The notes under the pieces were generated by a model. The model made no database searches and was not told the DNA's origin. It saw nothing but the letters and a program-made list of their open reading frames with translations. Of a DNA stretch of 64,000 nucleotides, positions 50,545 through 62,014 are shown one piece after another. Every line of letters starts with the position of its first letter. Positions within the stretch are counted from its first letter, which is position 1. Position numbers and translations under genes: made by a program. The stretch is from NCBI GenBank assembly GCA_038087875.1, contig JAXLNO010000446.1, positions 868,001-932,000 on the forward strand. The letters are read 5' to 3'. Source of the DNA: Malacoraja senta (Eukaryota).

Positions 50545-50995
50545 AAGGAACTGCAGATGCTGGAAAATCGAAGGTACACAAAAATGCTGGAGAAACTCAG
50601 CGGGTGCAGCAGCATCTATGGAGCGAAGGAAATAGGCAACGTTTCGGGCCAAAACCCTTCTTCAGTCTGAAGAAGTGAAGAAATAAAGGGAGTGATTTAT
50701 CACTTGGGGTCTTTCCTTACCGTCTTTGGGAGGTGAAAATCTATCAATAGTAAAGCCGAGGAAGTAGCAGAGACTTCATAAGTTCATACATCATACCTAG
50801 GTACGTGTGACAATAAAGTATCACTGAATCATTAAATGGAAGAAGGGTCCCGAACGGAAACAGTGTGAAGGGTTTCGGCCCGGAACGTTGCCTATTTCCT
50901 TCGCTCCATAGATGCTGCTGCACCCGCTGAGTTTCTCCAGCATTTTTGTGTACCTTCCCTCCACAGATGCTGAGTTCTTCCAGCACTTTGAGTTT
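50545..50995. mobile_element. Inverted pair of PLE terminal fragments
   Basis: GAACTGCAGATGCTGG..GGCAACGTTTCGGGCCAAAACCCTTCTTCAG (minus sense) and GAAGGGTTTCGGCCCGGAACGTTGCCTATTTCC..TTTCTCCAGC (plus sense). Confidence 0.75.
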
Positions 50996-51014
50996 TGCTT
51001 TCTATGTCTTTGCC

Positions 51015-51325
51015 AGTTTAGTTTAATTTAGAGATAGTCAGTGCAGAAACAGGCCCTTCGGCCCACCGAGTCTGCACTGACCAGCGATCCCCGCACATTA
51101 ACACTACCCTACACGCACTAGGGACAATTTACATTTATACCAAGCCAATTAACCTACAAACCTCTATGTCTTTGGAGTGTGGGAGGGAACTGAAGATCTC
51201 GGAGAAAACCCACGCAGGTCACGGGGAGAAGGTACAAACTCCGTACAGACAGCGCCCGTAGTCAGGATGGAACCCGGGTCTCTGGCGCTGTGAGGCAGCA
51301 ACTCTACCTCTGCACCACCATGACG
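51015..51325 (-). mobile_element. V-SINE/HE1-type SINE
   Basis: Full reverse-complement copy. Confidence 0.9.
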
Positions 51326-52353
51326 CCCATTAAAGGGCCCATTAGTATGCATCAACTAAATTCACTCCAGTCCTGCCAAAAGATCCAAAATATTCTGCCT
51401 AAAACAAAGATAGAAAGCGTACAACTACAATAATAATATTTCCCAGCTCCCTATGAAGTCTGGGTTGATTAATACATTACCTGGCCTAGTTCTAATATAG
51501 GTTTAGCTCTGGGGATAATCAGGCTGTAATCAATTATCATCAATCCCTCCAAAAAATAGCAACAGTATTTATCATTACTATGATTCATGCACATTTAGAG
51601 TGCTTTTCACTGATATTTATTCCTCATCAGCTCCTACAACGTACAACCCCAGATTGAACAACAGAGACATTGCGTTGCCCTCGGGGAAAATCTACCCGAC
51701 CCTTCAATCTAGTGTCTCATCAATTAAAGTATTTGTTTACACATCAATACATTGTCCGCCTGGATCTACCTGATCTCCCGGTGGCTCAACACCTCAACTC
51801 CCCCTCCCATCCCACACTGACCTTTCTGTCCTGGGCCTCCTCCATTGCCAGAGTGAGGCCCAGCATAAATTGGAGGAGCAGCACCTCATATTTCGCTTGG
51901 GCAGCTCACACCCCAGCGGTATGAACATTGAATTCTCTAACTTCAAGTAACCCCTGCATCCCCTCTCTCTCCGTCCCTCCCCCACCCTAGTCATTGTACT
52001 AGTTTCATTGTCGTCTTGGTGAGTTTCACTGTCTGTATAACTCGATATCACCTTATCCACAGCCAACAATGGATCATTGTGGGCTCCACCTTTCCTTTAT
52101 CATCTTTACATTTTTGCATATCTCTCATTCATCTATATAATTAAAAGTCTTATCATGACCACTTACTGTTTGCACTGTGCTTTGATTATAAAAAAAACAC
52201 TACCACATATGTCTGTGATTTTTTGGCCATCTTACTCAGAGTACTCCTCCGCTGTGCAGGCCCCAAGGATTTTTCCCATCGATGAAAAATAAAAGACTTA
52301 TTAGTGTTTTAAAAATCTTGAGATTCTCTCTCCTGTTAATCCTCTCCCATGAA

Positions 52354-52489
52354 GGCCACGCCCCTACCGGTGGGAGGGGGAGGGACTATAAAACCCAGAA
52401 GTGTAGGCGCGGCTCAGTCTGTCTGCAAGATGGCGAGGTAGAGGTCACGACTCTCTGTCTGAGCTGGGAAACTACAGAACACTGTGAGT
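52354..52489 (+). promoter_or_regulatory. Pol II core-promoter cassette with a putative first exon inside the Helitron
   Basis: Sp/KLF box GGCCACGCCCC 52354-52364; TATAAAA 52387-52393; Inr TCAGT with A at 52416 (29 nt from the TATA T); YY1-like CAAGATGGCG 52426-52435; donor GTGAGT 52484-52489. Confidence 0.6.
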
Positions 52490-52525
52490 ATGCAATGTAC
52501 TTGAATAAATGATTTGTTAGCCCTT

Positions 52526-52820
52526 AATGAAAATGTAATGAGTTGTTTGGCCTTCCCTATGCTTGAAACTGCAATGGCAATAGAAATGAAGTGAAAATGC
52601 AATGAGCTGTTTGGCTTGGGCCTGCCCTGTGTTTGAAACTGCAATGGCAATGGAAATGATGTGAAAATGCAATCAGCTGTTTGGCTTGAGCCTGCCCTGG
52701 GCTTGAAAGTGCAATGGCAATGGAAGTGAAATGAAAATGCAATGAGCTATTCGGCCTGCCCTGTGCCTGAAACTGCAATGCAATTGGAAATGAAATGAAA
52801 TAAGTTGTTTGGCCTACCTG
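52526..52820. repeat. Minisatellite (58-70 bp unit, about 4.5 copies) inside the Helitron
   Basis: TGAG(C/T)TGTTTGGC..TGAAACTGCAATGGCAAT..GAAAATGCAA starts at 52539, 52603, 52673, 52743 and 52801. Confidence 0.9.
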
Positions 52821-54205
52821 AAATCACAAATTTCGGCCCACAAGGCCCCTATTAGCCGAGAAATGTCCCTTTTGCCCAAATGCCCGTATTAGCCCAGGCG
52901 GAGCATTTTGGCCCAAAAGGCCTGTGCCAGGCCAGGAAAAGTCCCAAAAAAGTGCCTTTCACTGAGATTTCACTCGGCCCATCAGGCCTGTACTAGCCCA
53001 GGTCCCTTCGGCCCATCAGTAAGTATTCCCCCTGCAAGTATTAAACCCCAGTATTTTTCTTCCTCCCTTCATTTGCTCCCTGTGAGATCCAGGCCAGGAT
53101 AGACGTTCCTCCTTCATTGCTGTGATCTGCAGAAAAAGATGAAAAATGTCTAAAATTGATTCTCCACCCTCTCCCCCTTCTCTCTCACAGAGTCTCTCAC
53201 CTGTTTTGGGCAGAATTTCTGGCAATTTCTGAGCTGCCAGCCCCCTGGCCTGAGTGACTGAGCTGCCAACCCAAGAATCCATTCAGCCAACAATGTCCAT
53301 ACTAGCCGTCTGGAAACCAGTCCCTTCAGCCCACAACACCCATACTAGCGCTCCAGAAAGCCCCCCCCCCCCCACTGGCCAGCAATATTGGAATTGGTGG
53401 AGAGGTGGATATTGCATTGGGGGACCAGCCCTCCCGTGTGAACATGGACCCAACGGGTCCCACAGTCTAGTTTGTTCTATATTTCTCTACATCACCATCA
53501 ATATCTCTGGTTTCCCTCTCCCCTGACTCTCAGTCTGAAGAAGGGTCTCGAACCAAAACGTCACCTATTCCTTTCCCCAGAGATGCTGCCTGTCCCACTG
53601 AGTTACTCCAGCACTTTGTGTCTATCTTCGGTTTAAACCAGCATCTGCAGTTCCTTCATATACATATATTTAATGGATTATTTTACACATTTTGAAATAT
53701 TTCAGAATGTCGTGCTTCATGTCCGAGCAGAGGAATTGTTATTAGATGAGCTTCCAAGTTTGCTTCTCAGTAATTTGAACTGAATTGAAAGTCATTTTTT
53801 GTAAGATCCCTCGACATTATCATTTTAATGAGACTTTATGAGCTCAGATTCCCAGTCTGACAGCAAACTGATTTGGTTCAGAAACGTTGCCAACAGGACA
53901 CTGGTCGACAGAAAATATGAAACACTTCCCCAAAATTAACATGGAAATGTTGAAGCAATGACTCATGATGCAAACGTAGTGATACCAGACTTTAGACACA
54001 AGTACGGCCCAGCGATCCGAAACCAGCTGCCCAGCAAAGATATGCACTGGCAGAATTCTCCAATGAGCTTGGCGGTTTAGTGACTGAGATTGGCTGCAGA
54101 TCCACAGAGGGATCGATGATGTACAGAGGGATCTGGGGATCCAATTCCACAACCCCCAGAAAATGGCAACACCATTAAATTGCCTGATACTGTTTACATG
54201 TTTTA

Positions 54206-54715
54206 AGGGCCTGTCCCACTTGGGCGACCTAATCCGCCCAGCTCTGGCGAGTTGCCCTCGACTCATACTCGCAGCATGGTCGACACGAGGTCATAAGAGG
54301 TCTTCGTAACTCTCCTTCATGCTCGACAGTGGTCTCCGCGTACTCGAGGCCTCAGCTAGGTCGCGGCGTTTTTTTCAACATGTTGAAAAATGCCCACGAG
54401 AAAAAAAGGTCGCCATGGAAAAAATCGATACTTTTTTTAACTTGTAGGTTTAGTCGTAGTAGGTTGGCATGTTATTCCGTAGGTAATCGAGGTAGTCGAA
54501 GGTAGTCGTAGATAGTCTTCATCATAGTCGAAGGGAGGTCGAAGGAGGTCGTCTTCACTCTCCACTATTCGGTGTCCAATTTTCCCAAAGTTAGTCATAG
54601 CTCGTCGTATCTAGTCGAAGCTGGTCTTCAACATAGTCGAAGGAGGTCTTCAACATGTCATTTTTTAAAACTCTTATAAACTCGCCAATTAGGTCACCCA
54701 ATTGGGACAGCCCCT
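54206..54715. mobile_element. MITE with AGGGCCTGTCCCACTT-type TIR (third subfamily)
   Basis: AGGGCCTGTCCCACTTGGGCGACCTAAT...ATTAGGTCACCCAATTGGGACAGCCCCT in a TTAA/TTAA context, with internal TAGTCG repeats. Confidence 0.85.
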
Positions 54716-54844
54716 TAAGAAGGACCTGCAGATGCTGGAAAATCGAAGGTAGACAAAAATGCTGGAGAAACTCAGCAGGTGAGGCAGCATCTATGGAGCG
54801 AAGGAAATAGGCAATGTTTCGGGTCGAAACCCTTCTTCAGACTT

Positions 54845-55310
54845 CAGTTTAGTTTATTGTCACGTGTAACGAGGTACAGTGAAAAGCTTTTGTTGTGTGC
54901 TAAGCAGTCAGCGGAAAGGCAATACAAGATTACAATCGAGCCCTTAACAGTGTACAGATACATGATAAGGGAATAACGTTTAGTGCAAGATAAAGCCAGC
55001 AATGTCCGATCAAAGATAGTCCGAGGGTCACCAAAGTGGTAGATAGTAGTTCAGCACTGCTCTCTAGTTGTGGTAGGATGGTTCATTGCCTGATAACAGC
55101 CGGGAAGAAACTGTCCCTGAATCTGGAGGTGTGCGTTTGTTTTCACACTTCTGTACCTCTTGCCTGATGGGAGAGGGGAGAAGAGGGAGTGACTGGGGCT
55201 CGACTGGTCCTTGATTACGCTGCTGGCCTTGCCGAGGCAGCGTGAGATGTAGATGGAGTCAATGGAAGGGAGGTTGGTTTGTGTGATGGTCTGGGCTGTG
55301 TCCACAATTT
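54845..55310 (-). mobile_element. Rex/Babar-type LINE 3' fragment
   Basis: QTITQTNLPSIDSIY.SRCLGKASSVIKD..HSLFSPLPSGKRYRS on the minus strand. Confidence 0.8.
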
Positions 55311-55549
55311 TTTGAACGATTCTCATAGGTCAGGGCATTGAGTATAAGAGTCAGGAAGTCATGGTGCTGCATCATGACCTATAGGCAGCATTTGGAGTAT
55401 TGCATGCAGTTCTGGTCAACCTATTTGGGGTTGAAGGGTCAGTTACTGTGCAGTACTCTTCTATGTTCTATGTTCATTGCCTATTATATCTGTATCACCG
55501 GGGGTTAGATTCATCCACTGATGGGGACAGCATGCCTTTGTTTATTGAG

Positions 55550-55820
55550 TTTAGTTTAGTTTAGAGAGTAACATCGCGGAAACCGGCATTTCGGCCCACT
55601 GAGTCCGCACCGACCAGCGATACCCGTTCACTAACACTATCCCACACACACCAGGGACAATTTACTATTTTTACCAAAGTCAATTAACCTACAAACCTGC
55701 ACGTCTTTGGGATGTGGGAGGAAACCTGAGCACCCGGAGAAAACCCAGGCGGTCACGGGGAGAACGTGCAAACTCCGTACAGACAGCACCTGTGGTCAGC
55801 TGTACATTTGCTCCACCGTG
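55550..55820 (-). mobile_element. V-SINE/HE1-type SINE
   Basis: Reverse-complement tail and central domain. Confidence 0.8.
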
Positions 55821-56279
55821 CCGCTATATTTTAAATAAGTCAGCTATGATAATATCGTACATCTCCAATACATTTCTCCCACAGATGGACAGAGAGAAGG
55901 AATGGGTGACGTTTCAGGTCGAGTCCTTCAGTCTGAAGAAGAGTAGCCACCCGAAACGTCACCCATTCCTTCTATCCAGAGATGCTGCCTGACCCGCTGA
56001 GTTACTCCGCCACTTTATGACTATAATAATCAGAGACCTGCAGACTGATTTCTACAGAACATTCCTTTGAGACACGAGTGTTGAGGCTTTGAACTGTTTC
56101 ATATTTTCTAACAGGGCAGGAAATGGAGTAGTGGAGCTGTGAGGGAATGAATTCAGATTAAGATTCTTGTGGTGCAGGTAAGGCTGGAGAAGCTCAGATT
56201 CATCGCCTTGGGTGATTCAAACCACAGAGAAAATGTAATAAAAGTAACCGCAGATGCAGGTTTATATCAAAGATAGACA

Positions 56280-56500
56280 CTAAATGCCTGAAGGGCCCCG
56301 ATCAGAAACATCACCTACCCATGTTCTCCAGAGATGCTGCCTGACCCGCTGAGTTACTCCAGCACTCTGTGAAACGTCACCTATCCATGTTCTCCACAGA
56401 TGCTGCCTGACCCGCTGAGTTACTCCAGCACTCAGTGAAACGTCACCTATCCATGTTCTCCACAGATGCTGCCTGACCCGCTGAGTTACTCCAGCCCTCT
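56280..56500. repeat. 66-bp tandem units in the opposite orientation (about 3 copies)
   Basis: AGATGCTGCCTGACCCGCTGAGTTACTCCAGCACTCTGTGAAACGTCACCTATCCATGTTCTCC repeated. Confidence 0.9.
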
Positions 56501-56555
56501 GTGTGTACTGTTCCATGTTCTATGAACTCTGCGTAAAAGACTCCCCTATCTATCA

Positions 56556-57890
56556 GTGGTGGGCAAATTAATGGAAAGGATAGTTAAAGATAATATATAT
56601 AAGCATCTGGATAAGCAGGGTCTGATTAGAAACAGTCAACATGGATTTGTGCCTGGAAGGTCATGTTTGACTAATCTTCTTGAATTTTTTGAAAAGGTTA
56701 CTAGCGAAATTGATGAGGGTAAAGCAGTGGATGTTGTCTATATGGACTTCAGTAAGGCCTTTGACAAGGTTCCTCATGGAAGGTTGGTTAAGAAGATTCA
56801 ATTGTTGGGTATTAATGGTGGAGTAGCAAGATGGGTTCAACAGTGGCTGAATGGGAGATGCCAGAGAGTAATGGTGGATGGCTGTTTGTCAGGTTGGAGG
56901 CCGGTGACTAGTGGGGTGCCTCAGGGGTCTGTGTTGGGTCCACTGTTGTTTGTCATGTACATCAATGATCTGGATGATGGTGTGGAAAATTAGATTAGTA
57001 AGTATGCAGATGATACTAAGATAGGTGGTGTTGTGGATAATTAAGTAGATTTTCAAAGTCTACTGAAGATTTAGGCCATTTGAAAGTGGGCGGAAAGATG
57101 GCAGATGGAGTTTACTGCAGATAAATGTGAGGTGCTACATCTCGGCAGGGACAAATCAAAATAGGACGTACATGGTAAATGGTAGCGAATTGAGGAATGC
57201 AGTTGAACAGAGGGATCTAGGAATAACTGTGCATAGTTCCCTGAAGGTGGAATCTCATGTAGATAGGGTGGTAAAGAAAGCTTTTCGTGTGCCGGCCTTT
57301 ATAAATCAGAGCATTGAATATAGAAGTTGGGATGTAATGTTAAAATTGTACAAGGCATTGGTGAGGCCAATTCTGGAGTATGGAGTACAATTTTGGTCGC
57401 CTAATTATAGGAAGGATGTCAACAAAATAGAGAGAGTACAGAGGAGATTTACTAGAATGTTGCCTGGGTTTCAGCAACTAACTTACAGAGAAAGGTTGAA
57501 CAAGTTAGGTCTTTATTCTTTGGAGCGCAGAAGGTTAAGGCGGTACTTGATAAAGGTCTTTAAAATTATGAGCAGGTTAGACAGAGTGGACGTGGATAAG
57601 CTTTTCCCATTGAGAGTATGGAAGATTCAAACAAGGGGACATGACTTGAGAATTAAGGGGCCAGAAGTTTAGGGGTAACATTAGGGGGAACTTCTTTACT
57701 CAGGAGAGTGGTAGCTGTGTGGAATGAGCTTCCAGTGGAAGTGGTGGAGGCAGGTTCGATTTATCCTTTAAGAATAGATTGGATGGGTATATGGACGGGA
57801 AAGGAATGGAGGGTTATGGTCTGAGTGCAGGTAGATGGGAGCAAAAAAAAAAAAGTGTTCGGCACGGACTTGAAGGGCCGAGATGGCCTT
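56556..57890 (+). mobile_element. CR1-clade LINE, 5'-truncated RT to 3' end (third subfamily)
   Basis: [49 protein letters not shown] with stops and frameshifts. The 3' UTR resumes at about 58772. Confidence 0.92.
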
Positions 57891-57892
57891 TT

Positions 57893-58770
57893 CAAGATGG
57901 CGGATGTGCAGGAGTGGGCGCCGTTTGTGTGGCCGCCTGCCTGCAGTCCGTCCTCAAACATTTTTATTGTCTAGAACATTTTTTTTTGGAGTCTATTCTC
58001 TCTGGGGGGGGGGGGGGGGGGAACTGTTTTAACCCCCAGTCCTACCTGGTCGGAGATGCGGTTTTCCTCCAAATCGCATCTCCGGTCTCCCCATGCGGCC
58101 TTCCATCCGGCTGGAGCGGCGTTTCCTGCCGGGGGACCACAGCTTCGGCGGCGCAGCGCTGGGGACACCAACAAGGAGCGGGCGATGCCTTGCCGGGTCG
58201 CCGCTCCGGAGTGCTGTGACCGCCGACCACCAACATCGAGCAGCCGCGGTCTGCTGTCCGCGGTTTGAGGGCAATCCGCCGCGGGCGGGCGGCGCTGGAT
58301 CGGAAGCACCGTGGAGTCGAAGCTCCAACCGGCACGGCCTAAAGTCCACGGGCGTCGCAGTCTCCGGGGAAGGAGCGGCCGCTCCAGACATTTCTAAGCT
58401 GCTGAGGACTTTTCCACCCGATGCGGGTGGGGCCTACAACATCAGGCTGCCGTTGCGGCGACTGGCTGTGGTGGCCTCAAACTGGCCCGACCTCGGGTGG
58501 ACTAGGAGGAGGAGGAGGACTGGACATTTTGGTGCCTTCCCTCACAGTGGAGAGTGTAGATTCTACTGTGGGGGGATGTTCTGTGTTGAATTTCTTATAG
58601 TGTTTTGTGTCATTTTTTTCTACCTCTTTTTATTATTTGTATGGATAGTCTTCCTGTAAAAGCACTTTGTAATTTTTTAATTATTGATTATTTTATTTTT
58701 TCTTTTCTGTAAAGCACCTTGAATTGCTGTTTGCACGAATGGTGCTATACAAATACATTTACCTTACCTT
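57893..58770 (+). mobile_element. GC-rich non-autonomous element (family of 27179-28014) with an L2-like tail, inserted in a CR1 3' UTR
   Basis: Starts CAAGATGGCGG. Body is homologous to 27206-27530; hairpin at 58538-58576; tail GTAAAGCAC..GGTGCTATACAAATA followed by (CCTTA)n. Confidence 0.7.
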
Positions 58771-59339
58771 ACCTTTCCGTGCTGTTAAGGTTATATGGTT
58801 ATTCCACTCATGATTTTATACCCCTCTATAAGGTCATATAGTCATAGCCTGCACATCCTCTCCCTGTAGCTCAGGTCCTCAAGGCCAAGCAACACGGAGA
58901 GGGGGAGTGAGAGGTTATTATTCTCACGTGTACTGAGGTACAGTGACAAGCGTTGTTTTACACTCTATCCAAACACATCCGATATTACTATACATAAATA
59001 CAATCGTCAAACTCCAGTCCAATAGGTGGAGCAAAGGGGAAGATACAGAGTGCAGAATATAGTTCTCAGCATTGTAGCGCATCAGTTCCACAGACAAAGT
59101 CCAATGTCCGCAATGGGGTAGTGGTGAATGGACAGTAGACAGTACCCTAGCTTACGGAAGGACCGTTTCAGATGCCTGATAACAGAGGGGAAGAAGCTGT
59201 TTCCTGAGTCTGGTGGTGCGCGCTTTCAAGCTTCTGTACCTTCTGCCGGACGGGAGCGGGGAGAAGAAGGAATGACCGGGGTGGGACAAGTCTTTGAAAA
59301 GTGTCAGTAAAAACAGCACAGCCTTTTAAAGTTGGACTT

Positions 59340-59610
59340 TAGAGAAACAGGCTCTTTGGACCACCAAGTCCGTGCCAACTAGCGATCCCCATACATTAGC
59401 ACTATCCTGCACACACTAGGGGACAATTTACAATTATACCAAGCCAATTAATCTACAAACCTGCACGTCTTTGGAATATAAGAGGAAATCGGGAATCCCA
59501 GTGAGGTCCTACACAGGTCACGGGGAGAACATACAAACTCCGTACAGCCAGGATGTACCCGGGACTCTGGCGTGGTAAGGCAGCAACTCTACCGCTGCCC
59601 CACCGTGCCA
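59340..59610 (-). mobile_element. V-SINE/HE1-type SINE (diverged)
   Basis: Reverse-complement head (GGCAGCAACTCTACCGCTG..CACCGTGCC) and central domain. Confidence 0.75.
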
Positions 59611-59829
59611 CTCTGGTTTGATGCCAGTTTTTACTGCGCCGGGCTCTGTTGTTGAACACGCAATGCAAAGTGAGTGAAACACACGTACAGTATCTCCATG
59701 TAATTCTCATGAAGAATACATTAAAAGAAACTTAATTTCACCGTGGAGAAACAGATGAGAGGACAAGGATGAGATGATGATGTACATTTACAAGAGGCCG
59801 ATTAGAATTCAGTAATGCCGAGATAGACC

Positions 59830-60029
59830 NNNNNNNNNNNNNNNNNNNNNNNNNNNNNNNNNNNNNNNNNNNNNNNNNNNNNNNNNNNNNNNNNNNNNNN
59901 NNNNNNNNNNNNNNNNNNNNNNNNNNNNNNNNNNNNNNNNNNNNNNNNNNNNNNNNNNNNNNNNNNNNNNNNNNNNNNNNNNNNNNNNNNNNNNNNNNNN
60001 NNNNNNNNNNNNNNNNNNNNNNNNNNNNN
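59830..60029. other. Assembly gap (200 N)
   Basis: Run of N. Confidence 1.
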
Positions 60030-60547
60030 CTGGCTTTATCCTTCCTCCGCATTAACATGTAGAAACTACGTTCTCTCTCAGTGGGCCAAGTGAATGTTCA
60101 GCCTCTGGGGAGTGTTGTAGAGCAGAGGGATCTAGGAGTGCAGGTACATCGTTCCCTGAAAGTGGCATCACAGGTGGGACTAGTGTGGCTGGGGTATGTT
60201 GGCCGGTGTGGGCAAGTTGGGCCGAATGGCCTGTTTCCACGCTGTATGACTCTAATACAACCTGCTCCATCCAATTAGTTACCTGCTGCTGAGAACGTTG
60301 ACTCTCCCAGGCTGGCGCTGTCTCTGGCGATAATGAATGTGGTTGTATTCTTCAATGCAAGCACGGCCATGACATTAATTACAAGATTCCATTTCGGACG
60401 GCCCGTAAATCTAGATCATTCGTGAGTTATTCCGCGTGGATGTGAAGATCATCCATATTTGCTGCAAAATAAAATATCGTGCTTGGCATTGCAGCGACAT
60501 AACTGGGTTAGTTCCCTCTCCTCCTCTCTGCCTGGAATCAATTGACT

Positions 60548-61295
60548 AAATCAGAATCTGAATCAGAATCAGAATCACACTTTATTCGCCGAGTATGTTT
60601 TGCAACATACGAGGAATTTCACTGGCCAGGTCAGTCATACAATTAAAAGTAACAGATCACTTCAAAAACACATTAACATGAACATCCACCACAGTGACTC
60701 CTACACATTCCTCACTGGGATGGAAGGCGAAATAAAGTTCAAGTCCTTCCCTTAGTTCTTCCTCGGTCGTGGGCCTCGAGCCCCCGTTGATGGGACGATC
60801 TTGACTCCCGTTCAGGCCCTCCGCGTCGAGGCGTTCAGCTCCTGCATCGGGGGGATGTCAGCTCCCTTGCGCCGGGCGATCGAACCTCGCGTCGGGGCTG
60901 GTCGAACCTTCCGCGACGTTGGAGCTCCCGATTCGGCCTCACCTGAGACTGCGAGCCCTTGGTGTTGGTTCCGCAGTGGTTGCGGTGGGAGCGATCCCAG
61001 GCAAGGGATCAGCTCCGATGTTAATTCCGCGCCCCGCGGTGGGGCTCACGACAGTCCGAAGAGGCCTCCAGCTCCAGCGATGGTTGGGCCGCAGAGCCCG
61101 GAGAATGTGATCCGAAAATTGATCACATCTCCGGGAAGGTAAGAACTTGAAAAAAAGTTTCCCCCGATCCCCTCCCCCCCCCCCCCCCCCACCATAACAC
61201 AAACATTAAAACAAAACTTTTAACAAACTAAAAATTAACAAAAATAGTGAAAAGACTGCCGGCAGGGCTGCCATCTCCCTGGCGCCCCCTGGTGG
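60548..61295 (-). mobile_element. GC-rich non-autonomous element (related family) with a Rex/Babar-like tail
   Basis: Same architecture on the minus strand: GATGGCAGCC head, T-rich tract, G-run, GC body, hairpin at 60685-60724, tail ATTCCTCGTATGT..GGCGAATAAAG followed by (TGATTC)n. Confidence 0.65.
61281..61295 (-). promoter_or_regulatory. CTCF-binding consensus core
   Basis: Minus strand reads CCACCAGGGGGCGCC, matching the vertebrate CTCF core motif. Confidence 0.6.
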
Positions 61296-62014
61296 TCTCA
61301 TTGAAATTTGGAGGCTGTTTACATCCAATCGGAATAGAATTTTAACGATGGTTCCATTAATTAATTTGATTAGTACGGGTGTCAGGGGTTGTGGGGAGAA
61401 GGCAGGAGAATGGGGTTAGGAGGGAGAGATAGATCAGCCATGATTGAATGGCGGAGTAGACTCGATGGGCCAAATGGCCTAATTCTGCTCCTATCACTTA
61501 TGGAATTAGGATCTTAAGAATAACACTTTTGTTTGCAGGAAACCAAGCATCCATTCCCCCAAATAAAACAGTGACTTTTTTCATAAATGTGACTTTTTTG
61601 AGAACATGTTAATTATTCATGTGCTGTCTCATACCTACTACGTTACCACGTGTAAAGACGGTGGAATTCTCTTTTTGTGTTTACTATTCAGCAAAGTACT
61701 GTTCAGTAAAGCACAATCCACGATAAGTACAAGGTGCAGAGAGATAGTCCAATGAGACCGTATGCAAGAGTCGCTAGTGTTTGGCGCCATTTTCCAAGTC
61801 CAGTCCAGTGCATGCTCTGGGTCTCCTGGAGCGGGGCACGATCCAGGCAAGCCCCAGGCTGCTACCGGGCCTCCAGCCGTCGCCTCCGTCTGGATCGTCC
61901 AGTGATCCGACAACCCTCTCCTCGCTCGGCCACCTTCAGCGGCTGTGACCCAGGTCGGGGCCCCCCCTCCCACAGCTGGCCTTGAAGGCATGGAAGGTAA
62001 TGCCCTTTGGTGTG

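Larger units (their letters stand above)
52132..53470 (+). mobile_element. Non-autonomous Helitron (1339 bp)
   Basis: 5' TCTATATAATTAAAA; 3' GC-rich hairpin GGACCC-AAC-GGGTCC (53446-53460) followed by CTAG. Inserted between A (52131) and T (53471) with no TSD, as shown by the paralogous empty site at 19253-19277 (minus). Confidence 0.9.
51750..53660 (+). mobile_element. PLE 3' end (ORF C-terminus plus terminal region), split by the Helitron
   Basis: LPVAQHLNSPSH..DLSVLGLLHCQSEAQHKLEEQHLIFRLGSSHPSGMNIEFSNFK* (end of a GIY-YIG-type domain). The 3' region resumes at 53471 and carries a CTGAAGAAGGGTCTCG motif. Confidence 0.82.

Noticed and set aside
57761..58659. Cluster of overlapping ORFs and a CpG-island-like signal (also at 27204-27867, 4662-5176 and 60801-61202)
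   Set aside because: These are GC-rich repeat bodies with low stop frequency and paralogous copies in the window, not host promoters or genes.
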